A stretch of DNA of 55,288 bases from the IMG/VR virus record IMGVR_UViG_3300038974_000721, positions 1-55,288 of that record, one strand, 5' to 3'. The notes under the pieces are model-generated. The model searched no databases, had not been told where the DNA came from, and saw nothing but the letters and a program-made list of their open reading frames with translations. Positions 37,719-48,387 of this stretch are shown here, one piece after another. Position 1 is the stretch's first letter, and each line of letters starts with the position of its first letter. The position numbers were made by a program, and so were the translations under genes. Source of the DNA: a virus. Its lineage: Duplodnaviria > Caudoviricetes.

Positions 37719-38899
37719 CAACACATGTAAAACCATACTGTGCTATCCATGGTTTTGATATTACGGATCTGGTTTATGCATCCAATGGCATCGAGCCATC
37801 GGGGGGCGGCGTGGGAGTTGAAGAAATCCTAGTCCCTGGTCGCAACTATGCCGATATCAGACACAAGGGACGAGAGCCCAAGAAGTACAGGCTCCGGGTG
37901 CGTTCCACCGATAGAGAAGAGATAGAAGCTTTTCTAAACGAAGTAAACACCGCGCCCGAGGATTCGGAATTCTATCCTTTCGATGCTCAAAGGTTCGGGC
38001 TGATCGCTGCAGCTAAGGCCATGATGACCTCACCAAGATTGTGGGGCAGCGGAAAACTGTTTTATGAGGCCGAAGCTGAGATCTTGTGCAGGGAATCTTG
38101 GCTTTGCGGGCCTGATAAGGGCATACCCTACTCAACTAATGTCAGCTTGCCCGCCGTCTCAGAGCTGATCAGCAACAACGGCCACGAACGCGCCCCAATG
38201 ACTTACATGCAGGCATCCGGCGATATCTCAGCAGGCAGTTATGTAGAGAATTTATCCTGCAGGATCACGCCAAACACCAGCACCGCAGAGCATGACAGAG
38301 AAATAAAGCTTTGTGACAAGATGCTCCGGGGCGACATCTTTGAGGTAGGGTGGAGGAAAAGAGATGTAGTCCACCGCTATCATACGACCTTTGACCGGCT
38401 GTGGTCTGATATCGTACTGGATTTTCATAGCAAATATTCAGGCGGTGTCATATACACGTCGGGGCTTCTGACGCTCTGGAATAACGAATACATAATGATA
38501 CCCTTTTACGGCCCACTACCCATTTCAGGGGAACCTGGAAGCGCGGTCATAGAGTTTTACGTGAACAGTCTGACCGGCGATCAGCCAGCAGTGTGGGTTG
38601 CCAGGGAGACCTCCCTATCCGACATGCAGCCAGTCGATCATGATGATATTGTGATCGGATTCAATCGAATCGAAATCCCCGGCCTAGAGGGTGAGGGGCA
38701 CGTTGCATTGGGTCTGAAGGCCGGGAATAGTTGCACCGTCGTTTTATCAGAATTAACTGCAAAAGTGAAACGATATCTAGCAACTAAGATGCTGCCGTGG
38801 TTAGATCCTGGCGAAAGCGGGAAGATCCGGGTAGAGTGCACGGCTGGTTATAAGCTCAAATTTCTTGAAGTCGATTTTAACGACCGCTACTGGTATTGA
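37715..38899 (+). CDS. Distal tail (Dit-like) protein (putative)
   Basis: EEILVPGR, ISNNG, LDPGES, terminal FNDRYWY typical of Dit-like proteins. Confidence 0.65.
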   Translation: MTTHVKPYCAIHGFDITDLVYASNGIEPSGGGVGVEEILVPGRNYADIRHKGREPKKYRLRVRSTDREEIEAFLNEVNTAPEDSEFYPFDAQRFGLIAAAKAMMTSPRLWGSGKLFYEAEAEILCRESWLCGPDKGIPYSTNVSLPAVSELISNNGHERAPMTYMQASGDISAGSYVENLSCRITPNTSTAEHDREIKLCDKMLRGDIFEVGWRKRDVVHRYHTTFDRLWSDIVLDFHSKYSGGVIYTSGLLTLWNNEYIMIPFYGPLPISGEPGSAVIEFYVNSLTGDQPAVWVARETSLSDMQPVDHDDIVIGFNRIEIPGLEGEGHVALGLKAGNSCTVVLSELTAKVKRYLATKMLPWLDPGESGKIRVECTAGYKLKFLEVDFNDRYWY

Positions 38900-38908
38900 G
38901 AGGTTATT

Positions 38909-41293
38909 ATGCGTCAGAAGTATTATCTGCGAAACGAAGGGCTCCTTCTGAGCAAGCACGAACCCTATCAGTGGGCAGCAGGGCAGATTTTCGCACCAGG
39001 TGAATTGTCATATCATAACGGGGTGACATATCTATGCAAATTAGCTCACGTTGCGGATAGTGCGCATGAACCGGGTATAGGAGCCAGCTGGCAATCCGCT
39101 TTTGATCTATTGGCCGTAGGCACGCCGGGCGCACCAGGCGAACCGGGCACTCCTGGGGCACCTGGGGGCACAATGTCCTGGAGAGGAGCCTATAGCGCCG
39201 CCACTCAATACAGTGCAAATGACGGCGTGATTTATGAGGGCCGTGCTTTCTATTGCCTTCAGGCGACTGTGGGGAATCCTCCTCCTGCCTATCCAGTCAC
39301 CTCTAATTCATACTGGAGTCTTTTCGCCGAAAGAGGGGCAGCTGGGAGCGGTGGAGCGCCCGCTATTTATAATGTGCTAATATATCTCGATAGTGGAACA
39401 ATAAAAGCCGTAACTCCGAACGGCACCGTTATCGATAATGGTGTGGCGGGCACTGATGATACTGACATATTCGATGCAGCGGTTCAGGCATGCCCGAATA
39501 ATGGAAGCATAGGCATAGGTCCAGGAACCTACATCCTTAAAGCTAACAAGCTCTTCTACCTATCAAATAATAGCACGACCAACCCCATTTACTATGCTTT
39601 TGGCCCGGCCATGGAGGGCAAGAACTGCTATGTGGTCGGGGCCGGTCCTGGTGTAACAGTCCTGAAAATGGCTAATAACCAGCACTATTCCGGCCACCTG
39701 GCAGTTCTGATCCTGAATCGAACTACCGGCGATATGAATAATGGATTTACGTCCTTCACTCTGGCGAATTTGACGTTGGATGGGAATCGAGCTAATCAGG
39801 AGATAGTCTCAGCTATAGATGGGCCGGGCCTATACCTCTCTGGAAGCGTTCGAACCAACGAGAAAATATTGAATGTCGAGCTGAAAGATTCCTTCGGGTT
39901 TGGGGCTTATCTTGGAAATAATGGCAGCGGACCAGCGAAAGGAATTATAATCTCTGGAATATATGCGAAGAATTGCTATAAATCTGCAATATGCTTGGAT
40001 ACTACGGCTGATGTTTCCATATCTAATTCTGTCATCTACGATGGCAGCATAGGATTGGAGGTACTGGGTAACACTGATTACGCTACGCGCGAATATGATA
40101 ATATATCCATTACCGGAGTAACCTGCAAACGCGCTGGAATCACTATCTGGTGCATCAATGGATGCGTCGTTTCCGGTTGCACCATGGACATAACTGGAGC
40201 TGTCGTCCATTCCTACGGACTACAGGTACATTGCAGTCGAAACATCGATATCGTGGGGTGCAGGTTCACTGCAAATAAGACCTCACAGTATGTGACCTAC
40301 ATCGATGGCGGTGGGTATATACAAGATGGAAGCTATGATCAGGTCAAATTTAGAGATTGCACCTTCGATGGTTTCCAGGCTCTGAAAGTGTTTGGCTCCG
40401 CGGTAGTCGAGGCACATAATTGTACGTTCCATGCATATACTCACTCTGGAACGCCTGGTGCCGCTATTCTCCTGAAAGAGTTCGATGAGACTATTTCCGC
40501 TGTTGTGTATCTATATAACTGCGAACTGATCGCAGGAAGTCCGGACACATATTTGATTTCGGGTACGAATGGCGGGACAGTTGTTTTGATCGGGTGTTAT
40601 GCCCTGACCCCAGGTGCATTCGATGTGAACATCCCTGTTTACGCTTGGGAATGCACTGGAGCTGGACTTGAGAAATGGAAATCTAGATGGATTGCAGAAG
40701 TAGGATACAATCCCACTCCGGCTGGTCCCAGCACCATATCAATGAACTTGGATAGAACAGAACACATAGCTGCGGGCATGCCAATCAAATATTGGACAAC
40801 CGCTGGTGGATGGGGATACGGCGTAGTCACGTCGATTACATCCAACCAGCTGGTATTTGCTGGAATGCCGATGAGCGGGAATATCAATGCGCTTTTTGTG
40901 GGCACATCGGAAATGGTTTGCAGCATAGACTACTTGATCCCAGGGTCTTATGCATCATCCGCAAACAACAGCCTGATCCAAACATTCCAGAAGTCCTTTT
41001 CAATATGGCAAGGTCCACCTGCCCGCCTCGTGCGAATCAGCCATCGGGCATTGTCAGCCGATAGCGGCACCGCTCCCAGGGTCACGGCATCCATTAACGG
41101 AAACCCAGTAGGGACGGACAATAGCAGCACTGGGTTGCCAGTTAGCACCAGTTGGACGCATACTGCATACGGAATTAATGGCAGCTATAATTCGATCAAC
41201 CTGGGCGATTCGATTGAGCTGAGGACTACCCAGGGCGGGTCCGGCGATTCAACCTTCCTGACAGTATCCCTTGTGTTTGTATTGGAGAAATGA
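38909..41293 (+). CDS. Tail fibre / receptor-binding protein with CBM5/12-like modules, collagen-like GXP and a pectin-lyase-like beta-helix
   Basis: WRGAYS...YSANDGVIYEG, GTPGAPGEPGTPGAPG, DDT......A...IGPGTY, GAGPGVTVLK, NLTLDGNRAN. Confidence 0.85.
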   Translation: MRQKYYLRNEGLLLSKHEPYQWAAGQIFAPGELSYHNGVTYLCKLAHVADSAHEPGIGASWQSAFDLLAVGTPGAPGEPGTPGAPGGTMSWRGAYSAATQYSANDGVIYEGRAFYCLQATVGNPPPAYPVTSNSYWSLFAERGAAGSGGAPAIYNVLIYLDSGTIKAVTPNGTVIDNGVAGTDDTDIFDAAVQACPNNGSIGIGPGTYILKANKLFYLSNNSTTNPIYYAFGPAMEGKNCYVVGAGPGVTVLKMANNQHYSGHLAVLILNRTTGDMNNGFTSFTLANLTLDGNRANQEIVSAIDGPGLYLSGSVRTNEKILNVELKDSFGFGAYLGNNGSGPAKGIIISGIYAKNCYKSAICLDTTADVSISNSVIYDGSIGLEVLGNTDYATREYDNISITGVTCKRAGITIWCINGCVVSGCTMDITGAVVHSYGLQVHCSRNIDIVGCRFTANKTSQYVTYIDGGGYIQDGSYDQVKFRDCTFDGFQALKVFGSAVVEAHNCTFHAYTHSGTPGAAILLKEFDETISAVVYLYNCELIAGSPDTYLISGTNGGTVVLIGCYALTPGAFDVNIPVYAWECTGAGLEKWKSRWIAEVGYNPTPAGPSTISMNLDRTEHIAAGMPIKYWTTAGGWGYGVVTSITSNQLVFAGMPMSGNINALFVGTSEMVCSIDYLIPGSYASSANNSLIQTFQKSFSIWQGPPARLVRISHRALSADSGTAPRVTASINGNPVGTDNSSTGLPVSTSWTHTAYGINGSYNSINLGDSIELRTTQGGSGDSTFLTVSLVFVLEK

Positions 41294-41856
41294 GTATGCG
41301 AATATTAAGGCGAATACCTCTAATAGCAATGAGTTATCAGGCGGTCTATCCCCCAGCATATAACAGTACTTACGTTAAGGCCACTACAAACACATTTGAA
41401 ATGGAGCCACATAAAGCTTTAGATCCAAGCCAACCGCTATCTGGAGACGCATATCCTTACTGCTGGATGAGCAATGTCGGAAATCCAACGAGCCAACGAT
41501 TTCATGTGGATTTGGGTTCTGCAAAGGTAATTGGAAAGATAGTCTATTGCAACTATCACAATGCCGGATACAATACAACACGCGGAGTAAACGGTTTTAC
41601 TCTTCAGGGCTCTAATAGCTCCAGTAGCTTTTCAAATCTCACATACGCAACAGATACCGGGTGGACGACTATCGAGAAGTCTCCTGCTTCGATGACACGA
41701 CATACCCAGGCTTATGATGGTGCTCTATTCTATGAAATAGCAGTAACATCACCAATAACACCATATCGTTATTACGCTCTAAAATGCGCAAATAATCATG
41801 GTGACACCAGCTATATGGGAATACGTAGATTAACATTCTACGAGTTAACATATTAG
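41290..41856 (+). CDS. Discoidin/F5-8 type C carbohydrate-binding protein
   Basis: KALD, W...VDLGSAK.I, FTLQGSN, YRYY.L. Confidence 0.8.
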   Translation: MSMRILRRIPLIAMSYQAVYPPAYNSTYVKATTNTFEMEPHKALDPSQPLSGDAYPYCWMSNVGNPTSQRFHVDLGSAKVIGKIVYCNYHNAGYNTTRGVNGFTLQGSNSSSSFSNLTYATDTGWTTIEKSPASMTRHTQAYDGALFYEIAVTSPITPYRYYALKCANNHGDTSYMGIRRLTFYELTY

Positions 41857-42141
41857 CTAGTACATCTTTTCTGTATTTTTTATTTGGGCTTAGGGGTTGA
41901 CGGAGGATAATTTGCACAACTTCCAAAGGCATTGTCTAGAATTAGACTGAGGTTGATGGCGCTTTTTAGGTGACGAAGGCAAAAAATTGGATACGTTATC
42001 TCCCGTCAACGACTTAGCTAATGCGACATCCTGCATCTGATTAAAATTCTGCAATATATATTATTTTTTAAAACGCCTAATTTCGGCCCTATTTTTTCTC
42101 CGAAGTATAATTCCCTATCCAAGCCTGAGATCTTGTTCCAT

Positions 42142-45100
42142 TTAGCTATCCAGTGATTCCTTTATTATCTTCTCAATGTAATCCTTATCTTCCTGAAATA
42201 CTATTCCCGGACAATTCCTCACGGATCTCGAAACAATGTCGCGACTTGATACTGAGACAATGAATGAGTCAAAAGCCAATCTCATACCTTTATTCTTTTC
42301 TGAAATATTTTTTTCTAACTCCTTGATTCGTTGGTGGAGTCCAATCTTTTCATTATAGAGATCCAAATAGCTTAAGACCAAGCCCTTTGGATCTACAAAG
42401 ATGATATTTTGTCTCTCTCCAGTCTTTACCCAAATAATGAAATCGGGATAGAAATAGGACGTCTCAAAGAATCCTATTCCTCTTCTGGGAAGATTCCTTA
42501 GCAAAAAGACCTTTTTATCCCTAAAGACATCTGAATTCAATTCAAGATATCTTTTAAGGTCCCATACGAATCGCTTTTCTCCCTCATTCAATCCCTGTGG
42601 CTGAATGCTTAATTGGCTTGAATTGATATTTTGTTTCGCCAATAGCGGCTGATATAAATGCCTGTCAAATGATACATTGGTAATGCATCCAGGAGCACCT
42701 TTCCACACTACTTCCCTTGTGCCCGACCTAGCTATGGCTTGCACCTCGGAGAGAGCAAATGAATCAGTCTCCTTAACATTTACGAGGTACCCTCCAAAAT
42801 CAAGGTTACCATGATTGCCATCTAAAGGCTTTACATCCAAATTATCCTGAATCCAATTGTTCTTATTGCGGTCATAGTAGGCTTGGATAAACTTCTTCAA
42901 TATCATCTCCACGATTTCCGCCAGACGGCCTAGGTCCTCGAACCTTTGTGGGATGATATAGGTCTCAGGGCAATGCAGCTCATAGAGCTGTCTTTCGACT
43001 ATCTCCTTCAGCCTTTCCTTATCGAATATGAGATTACTCCAGCCCTTGTGCCGCCTGTAGTCGAGCAAAGCAAAATAGATCTTCTGCCAATCCAATATCT
43101 GAAGGTACTTATCATCAATTGTCCGAGGAGGATTGTCGGATGCATCGACCTCTAAGGCTTCATGCCCGCTTGCTATGATTTCCACCTTAGGAGTAAGGTC
43201 CACCTTTGCCTTTATCCCATTATCTGCGACTAGATGGAAGAATTGCTCCTTTTTGAAACGCTCCTTATCGATATAAGTTACCAGCAATCCTTCCTTCAAA
43301 TAATCCTGGTTGACCTTGATAGGAACGGGTATTTCGATGAAAGTGTCTATGGGACCTACTTCCTCTTCGAGGTATTCCCGGAATTGATCCATGTAATTAG
43401 CCTTAATGCCGAAAATACTTAGAGTCTCAAGGATTCCGAGGTGTTTTGGCGAGGCAATCTCCAGGGCACTGCTTCGCTTTAGCGAGAAATCTTTGCCCCT
43501 CAGTCTCACTCCTCTGCCAAAAAGCTGGATAATCTGTGAGCCTTCCTTCTTTCCGATATTCAAGAGGCCCATATTGGATACTCTCCAGGAATTCCAGCCT
43601 TCAATAAACTTCTTAGCACCAATGAGGATATTTGTCTTTGATTTTGCATTATTAATGGAGTCAAAAAGAGAGTTGCTGAGTTCATCCGGCTCAGCAGGGA
43701 TGCCCGGCTCTTTATTATTTACAAGCTTGAGAAACTCAGCCTTATCTCCTATGTTTATGACTCCGAAAAATTCCGAGGCACCAGCCCGAAGAGCTATCTC
43801 TCCATCTGCCTTCTTGATGTTCACAAGATGCAATGGAGCGGAAATTGGCACATTGAAGACCTTGATGAGCAATCCTTTGTAGATCTCTTCCGGCGTAAGG
43901 CCCTTTTCTCGGATGTACTTGAGCTTGGTATCTGGATAGGTTGGGGAATAGATGTCTCTGTCCTTATCATCTATCAATCCCGATTTGCCATCTAGGATTC
44001 TCCGAATGCTGTTGATTGCCCAATTATCCTCATTCTTAAGGGCCAGGGAGAGGAAGCGAACTATAGTGAGGATATCGGATTGCTCCTTTTGGCCCTTTAC
44101 TTTACTTCCCACGAAGATCCATAAGGGCTTCTCGATATTGTATTCCTTGATTAGCTCGTTATTCTCTTCGAATACTAAAATCTGCTCATAGAAGGACACC
44201 AGGTTTGCCAGCATTAGTATGTCCTGGCTGGTATCGGTGACGTGCTCCTTGAGGTTCAGGATGCGATAATCCTTGCCGTAGCCATCTTTGTAGAAATACT
44301 TGTAGGAGTAATCGAAGAGAATCGCTTTTCCATATTCCTCTACAAGAGCCGATGAGTCCTTGGTGGCCGCTGCCACAGCCTGTCCAAAGGTGGCACTGTA
44401 TTCAAATGCGAATCCCTCATCCGCAAGCAATTTGCGGAAATCCCTCCATTTCTCTCCACCGCTCCCTTTATGGCCCTCATCTACAAAGAGAAGGTTCTTC
44501 TTTCCGAAGTATTCCACTGCTACAGTTACTCCCTGACCTTTTTTCTCCTCAGTGAACTTATGAATATCGATTACCTGCACCTGATTTGGCTCCACCATGC
44601 TTGAGAAATAACCCTGGCCAGAGTTGTCGAAAAGGGCACATGGTATCCCGCTCTGTTGCATCTCGTTGACATGCTGGCTGGATAGGCCCTGATTAGGAGT
44701 TATGAGAAGGATGTTATCGAGCTTAATCTGATTTGGCCCCTGGTTATATCGCATGAATTGCAGGTAGTTGATATGCAGCAGCAGCGTCTTTCCGCTGCCT
44801 GTGGCCATCCAGAAAGCAAGCTTCGTTAGGTCATCCCTTGCAAAGAAGATATCATTGTTATCCAAACCTATCGCATAATCATCAAGTTCATTGAGAAGGC
44901 TTATCGGATTTTCGAAGTACTTATCAAGGAATATCTCTGCATAAAGGACCGCTAAATATTGGAAATACTTGAGAACAACTGGATTCTCCCGCCCCTGGTT
45001 GATATGCTCGACATATTCCTTAATGTTATTATCGTATTGCTCCAGCTTATCGATTGATAAAGCAAGCCCCTTTTGGGCTATTAGGCTATAGAAGACATAG

Positions 45101-45270
45101 CTATGGCCTTCCTCATCAAAGCCCTCTTTGGAATCATTAAGGAGTTGCTGGAGATCTTTGAAGCCATTTCCGCCAAAGAGCCGGTTGAAAAAGGCATTAA
45201 GGATCAGCTTATCGTTTAAGGGATTCACCTTTCTTTGCTTTGAGGTCCGAGATGAGCGTCTCTTAGGCAT
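42142..45270 (-). CDS. res: Type III restriction enzyme Res subunit
   Basis: MATGSGKT, VDEGH, YSATF, EGW, Q..GRGVRL, C-terminal YPDF...FVDPKG nuclease. Confidence 0.92.
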   Translation of the reverse strand: MPKRRSSRTSKQRKVNPLNDKLILNAFFNRLFGGNGFKDLQQLLNDSKEGFDEEGHSYVFYSLIAQKGLALSIDKLEQYDNNIKEYVEHINQGRENPVVLKYFQYLAVLYAEIFLDKYFENPISLLNELDDYAIGLDNNDIFFARDDLTKLAFWMATGSGKTLLLHINYLQFMRYNQGPNQIKLDNILLITPNQGLSSQHVNEMQQSGIPCALFDNSGQGYFSSMVEPNQVQVIDIHKFTEEKKGQGVTVAVEYFGKKNLLFVDEGHKGSGGEKWRDFRKLLADEGFAFEYSATFGQAVAAATKDSSALVEEYGKAILFDYSYKYFYKDGYGKDYRILNLKEHVTDTSQDILMLANLVSFYEQILVFEENNELIKEYNIEKPLWIFVGSKVKGQKEQSDILTIVRFLSLALKNEDNWAINSIRRILDGKSGLIDDKDRDIYSPTYPDTKLKYIREKGLTPEEIYKGLLIKVFNVPISAPLHLVNIKKADGEIALRAGASEFFGVINIGDKAEFLKLVNNKEPGIPAEPDELSNSLFDSINNAKSKTNILIGAKKFIEGWNSWRVSNMGLLNIGKKEGSQIIQLFGRGVRLRGKDFSLKRSSALEIASPKHLGILETLSIFGIKANYMDQFREYLEEEVGPIDTFIEIPVPIKVNQDYLKEGLLVTYIDKERFKKEQFFHLVADNGIKAKVDLTPKVEIIASGHEALEVDASDNPPRTIDDKYLQILDWQKIYFALLDYRRHKGWSNLIFDKERLKEIVERQLYELHCPETYIIPQRFEDLGRLAEIVEMILKKFIQAYYDRNKNNWIQDNLDVKPLDGNHGNLDFGGYLVNVKETDSFALSEVQAIARSGTREVVWKGAPGCITNVSFDRHLYQPLLAKQNINSSQLSIQPQGLNEGEKRFVWDLKRYLELNSDVFRDKKVFLLRNLPRRGIGFFETSYFYPDFIIWVKTGERQNIIFVDPKGLVLSYLDLYNEKIGLHQRIKELEKNISEKNKGMRLAFDSFIVSVSSRDIVSRSVRNCPGIVFQEDKDYIEKIIKESLDS

Positions 45271-45273
45271 GAC

Positions 45274-48200
45274 CTATGCCCCCATAAGCCGTTTGAATTC
45301 GGGCTCTATTGGGATGACTCCTTCGACAAAGCAGTCACTATTGACATAGACCTTATTCGCCTTGAACTCTTTTAAGATACGGTCTTCGATGAATTCCTTA
45401 TCAGCTTTAAGATCCAAGCCATCCGTTGAACGCCAGATGATGGTTACAGTATCCTCGGCCTTCTTGCCGTTGACAACCCTATAATAGCCTCCGTTATTAT
45501 GGAAGGCTTTGATTCTAATTATATGCAGCCCGAGGAGATAATTAAAAGTTTCCACAAGATCAACTTTCTCATCACGCATCTCGTTGTTATGAGTAACTTT
45601 GAGAGTGTAATCAAATGGATGATTGAGCTTATCAACATTCAAGCGACAGGGGCTATCCCTAGTCTCAAATTCGAGCATGTAACGGAGGAAGTAGCTGTCC
45701 AGTTCTTCAAGTGTCCTCTGCACTGTACCTGAATCGAGGATCTCAATATTATTAAGGGTATCTTCGTATTGTTCTAGATACATATATTTGAAAATATGAG
45801 ATGATCCTTCTTCATCTTGCGGTGTTCCGTCTCTCCAATTCTTTGCATATATCGCTTTTTCGATACGGGTTTTAACTATTTTATCAAAATAATCTTCAAT
45901 TTCTATTAGTATATATTTTCTATTAAGTTTATCTTTGGAATTTAGATTGATAACAGCCTGACCAGTTGATCCAGAACCCGCAAAAAAGTCAATGACAAAA
46001 TCTTCTCTTACTTGATCGGTCATAGAAACAATTCTCTCTATAAGTTTGAGAGGCTTCTTGCCATTATCGAATTCTACATCTCCTTCATGCCTTAAATTAT
46101 TTGTATCTATATCATCCCATAAATTAGAAATGGGCTCTACTAATGCTTTTTCACCATTGATTACTTGGATATTGTTGCTTAAAAAGTAAATTTGTCTTCC
46201 ACGATAAAGGTAAATCGTATCTCTATTTTCTCTATTTAGAGCAATTATGCTATCAGACTGTTTAGATTGTTGAATCAATGGCCGTATCCAAGGAGATGGT
46301 TTCTGCAAGGTTTTTGTTTCAAATACCCTATCTGCATTTTCAACTGCAAATTTTTCGCAATTTCTTAAAATAATTGATTCAGCAAATTCACCATATTTTT
46401 CCTTGGCATATCTTGCACCCTCTCTTGTGTTCGATCCATTAAATCCCATATTCTGAAGAACTTGAAGCTTAATCGGTTTGAATTTCCACTCTTTGGGATC
46501 ACACGATTTATCCTCTACAAAGCGGGAAAAATGAGCTAAATCTACCTCTTTTTTTATGACATATTGTTGATTATAAGCTAACTTATTTCTATTATTGGCA
46601 AAAAGTATAATTTGGTCAGTAATATCCACTGGCCCTAAGTTAATGGTCCTAAAGCTCGATACAGTTGAACATTTTGATGTTATTGTAACCAAGTATGAAT
46701 CAGGGCCAAATACACGCTCTATTAGTCCACGAAGTCTCCAATTCTCGATATCATTTACTTGTATTGCACCGAGTCCTGATTCCGCCAACATAGACTGAGC
46801 TATGTTTAAACGATTCTCTAATAAACTAAGCCAACTTGAGTGCCTGTAATTATCTTTATAAATAAAATCATCACTGCCTGTGTTATATGGTGGATCGATA
46901 TAGATACATTTTATTTTCCCTTCATATTTGTCCTTTATAAGGTTTAGTGCCTGCCAATTTTCGCTTTTTATCATCAATCCGTTGATCTCTTGATCAAAAT
47001 TATCAAAACTGGCTAGTAATTTATCTTTAAAACTATTATCGAAAAATTTAGTATCTAGCACCAGGTATGGATGCGTTTTAAGGTACTGGATATCGATGAA
47101 TTGCATGTCGTTATTTGCCAATGTCCTATGCTCAAATCCATCTAACTTGAATAGATCTATCCACTCTTTTATCTGGAGTTTGTTTCTTGTTATCTCTTCA
47201 TATAACTTCTCTGGTATCCGGTCTAAGGTCAAGCAGTATTCGGATTTAATGACAAATTTTCTCTTTTTAAATAGTTTTAATTGAAAATCCTCAATTTGGG
47301 CCAGAAAATTAATGATTTTTAGGCCTATTTTTTTCATAACCTTGATTTGGCCGATATATTCTTCAATATTCAATTCCTTTTCAGTACCCAGTTCGTCTAT
47401 TATTATTACTTCATTTTTTATGTAAAAGTCAAACTCGCCGGAAAGAAAGCTCTTGAGATCTTTGTGAATGAAGTAGTCCGTGGTATTCCTTTTGGCATAT
47501 CTCAGCAAATGCTTTTCAAGCAATGTCTTTTCATCATCTGTCTTTTGAAGAGCATTTCTCAATCCATCTACGTCGATTTTGAATGATATCTGTTGTCCAG
47601 CTTCGTCAAGAAGTACTCTTTGTACATCCCTTGTTCCGTATTTTCCCGTTTCCTCATCTTTAAGTGCTCGATATTCAAAAAAGATGGTTAATTCTTTATA
47701 TTCATTATCGTAAGTTATGGAATCCTTCCCTCCTTTGAGCAGGAAGAACCTTTTCCCTGATTTGCCATTATTTTGGTCCGTTTCGATTTCTTTGAGCATA
47801 AAATAAACCTTGTACTCCCCGACTTTAAATGAATAATTTTTAAAATACTCTCCAGTTTTTATATAGTATTGGTCCTTATTGGCCCAATGCAGCAATACTT
47901 CTTCCCCATTATAGGGCACTGCATACTTATTTTTCCTGGAGTAACGCCTCATGGAGATGAAGTCTCCGTCATCATAATAGCGAGAGAAGAATTGGTATAT
48001 GTGGCTGAAGATCTCTGCTTTGTGCTGATCGGCCATCTCATTATTCTTAAGATCCTCTTTCTTATTGTAGAACTCTTTGGCAATAGGAGAGCTTCGGTAC
48101 ATCTCCTTCAAATCGCCGGAAGGCAAGAGGGCATCCTCTCCCAATGTAGATGCTATTCTTTTTCTTATTTCATCTAGCTCCTCATCGATTTTTCCCTTGC

Positions 48201-48384
48201 TCTTTGCTGAATACTTCTCGAATTCAATATCTACTGCCTTGATAAGATCTTCCTCAATGAACCTCTCGATCTCATCCCGCTTGTAGTTCATTATGCGATA
48301 GATGCCAAAATCCAAATCTGCCGAATCGAATTGGAATAGCTTCCTCAAGAGCCCTTGAAGCTCACGCCGGTAATCTTTAGTCAT
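45274..48384 (-). CDS. mod: Type III RM methyltransferase Mod subunit (long form)
   Basis: IYIDPPYNTG and DFFAGSGSTG in beta-class order; LDFGIYRI N-terminus. Confidence 0.93.
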   Translation of the reverse strand: MTKDYRRELQGLLRKLFQFDSADLDFGIYRIMNYKRDEIERFIEEDLIKAVDIEFEKYSAKSKGKIDEELDEIRKRIASTLGEDALLPSGDLKEMYRSSPIAKEFYNKKEDLKNNEMADQHKAEIFSHIYQFFSRYYDDGDFISMRRYSRKNKYAVPYNGEEVLLHWANKDQYYIKTGEYFKNYSFKVGEYKVYFMLKEIETDQNNGKSGKRFFLLKGGKDSITYDNEYKELTIFFEYRALKDEETGKYGTRDVQRVLLDEAGQQISFKIDVDGLRNALQKTDDEKTLLEKHLLRYAKRNTTDYFIHKDLKSFLSGEFDFYIKNEVIIIDELGTEKELNIEEYIGQIKVMKKIGLKIINFLAQIEDFQLKLFKKRKFVIKSEYCLTLDRIPEKLYEEITRNKLQIKEWIDLFKLDGFEHRTLANNDMQFIDIQYLKTHPYLVLDTKFFDNSFKDKLLASFDNFDQEINGLMIKSENWQALNLIKDKYEGKIKCIYIDPPYNTGSDDFIYKDNYRHSSWLSLLENRLNIAQSMLAESGLGAIQVNDIENWRLRGLIERVFGPDSYLVTITSKCSTVSSFRTINLGPVDITDQIILFANNRNKLAYNQQYVIKKEVDLAHFSRFVEDKSCDPKEWKFKPIKLQVLQNMGFNGSNTREGARYAKEKYGEFAESIILRNCEKFAVENADRVFETKTLQKPSPWIRPLIQQSKQSDSIIALNRENRDTIYLYRGRQIYFLSNNIQVINGEKALVEPISNLWDDIDTNNLRHEGDVEFDNGKKPLKLIERIVSMTDQVREDFVIDFFAGSGSTGQAVINLNSKDKLNRKYILIEIEDYFDKIVKTRIEKAIYAKNWRDGTPQDEEGSSHIFKYMYLEQYEDTLNNIEILDSGTVQRTLEELDSYFLRYMLEFETRDSPCRLNVDKLNHPFDYTLKVTHNNEMRDEKVDLVETFNYLLGLHIIRIKAFHNNGGYYRVVNGKKAEDTVTIIWRSTDGLDLKADKEFIEDRILKEFKANKVYVNSDCFVEGVIPIEPEFKRLMGA

Positions 48385-48387
48385 CTC

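Noticed and set aside
38909-41856. Diversity-generating retroelement targeting the fibre
   Set aside because: No reverse transcriptase and no template/variable repeat pair seen.
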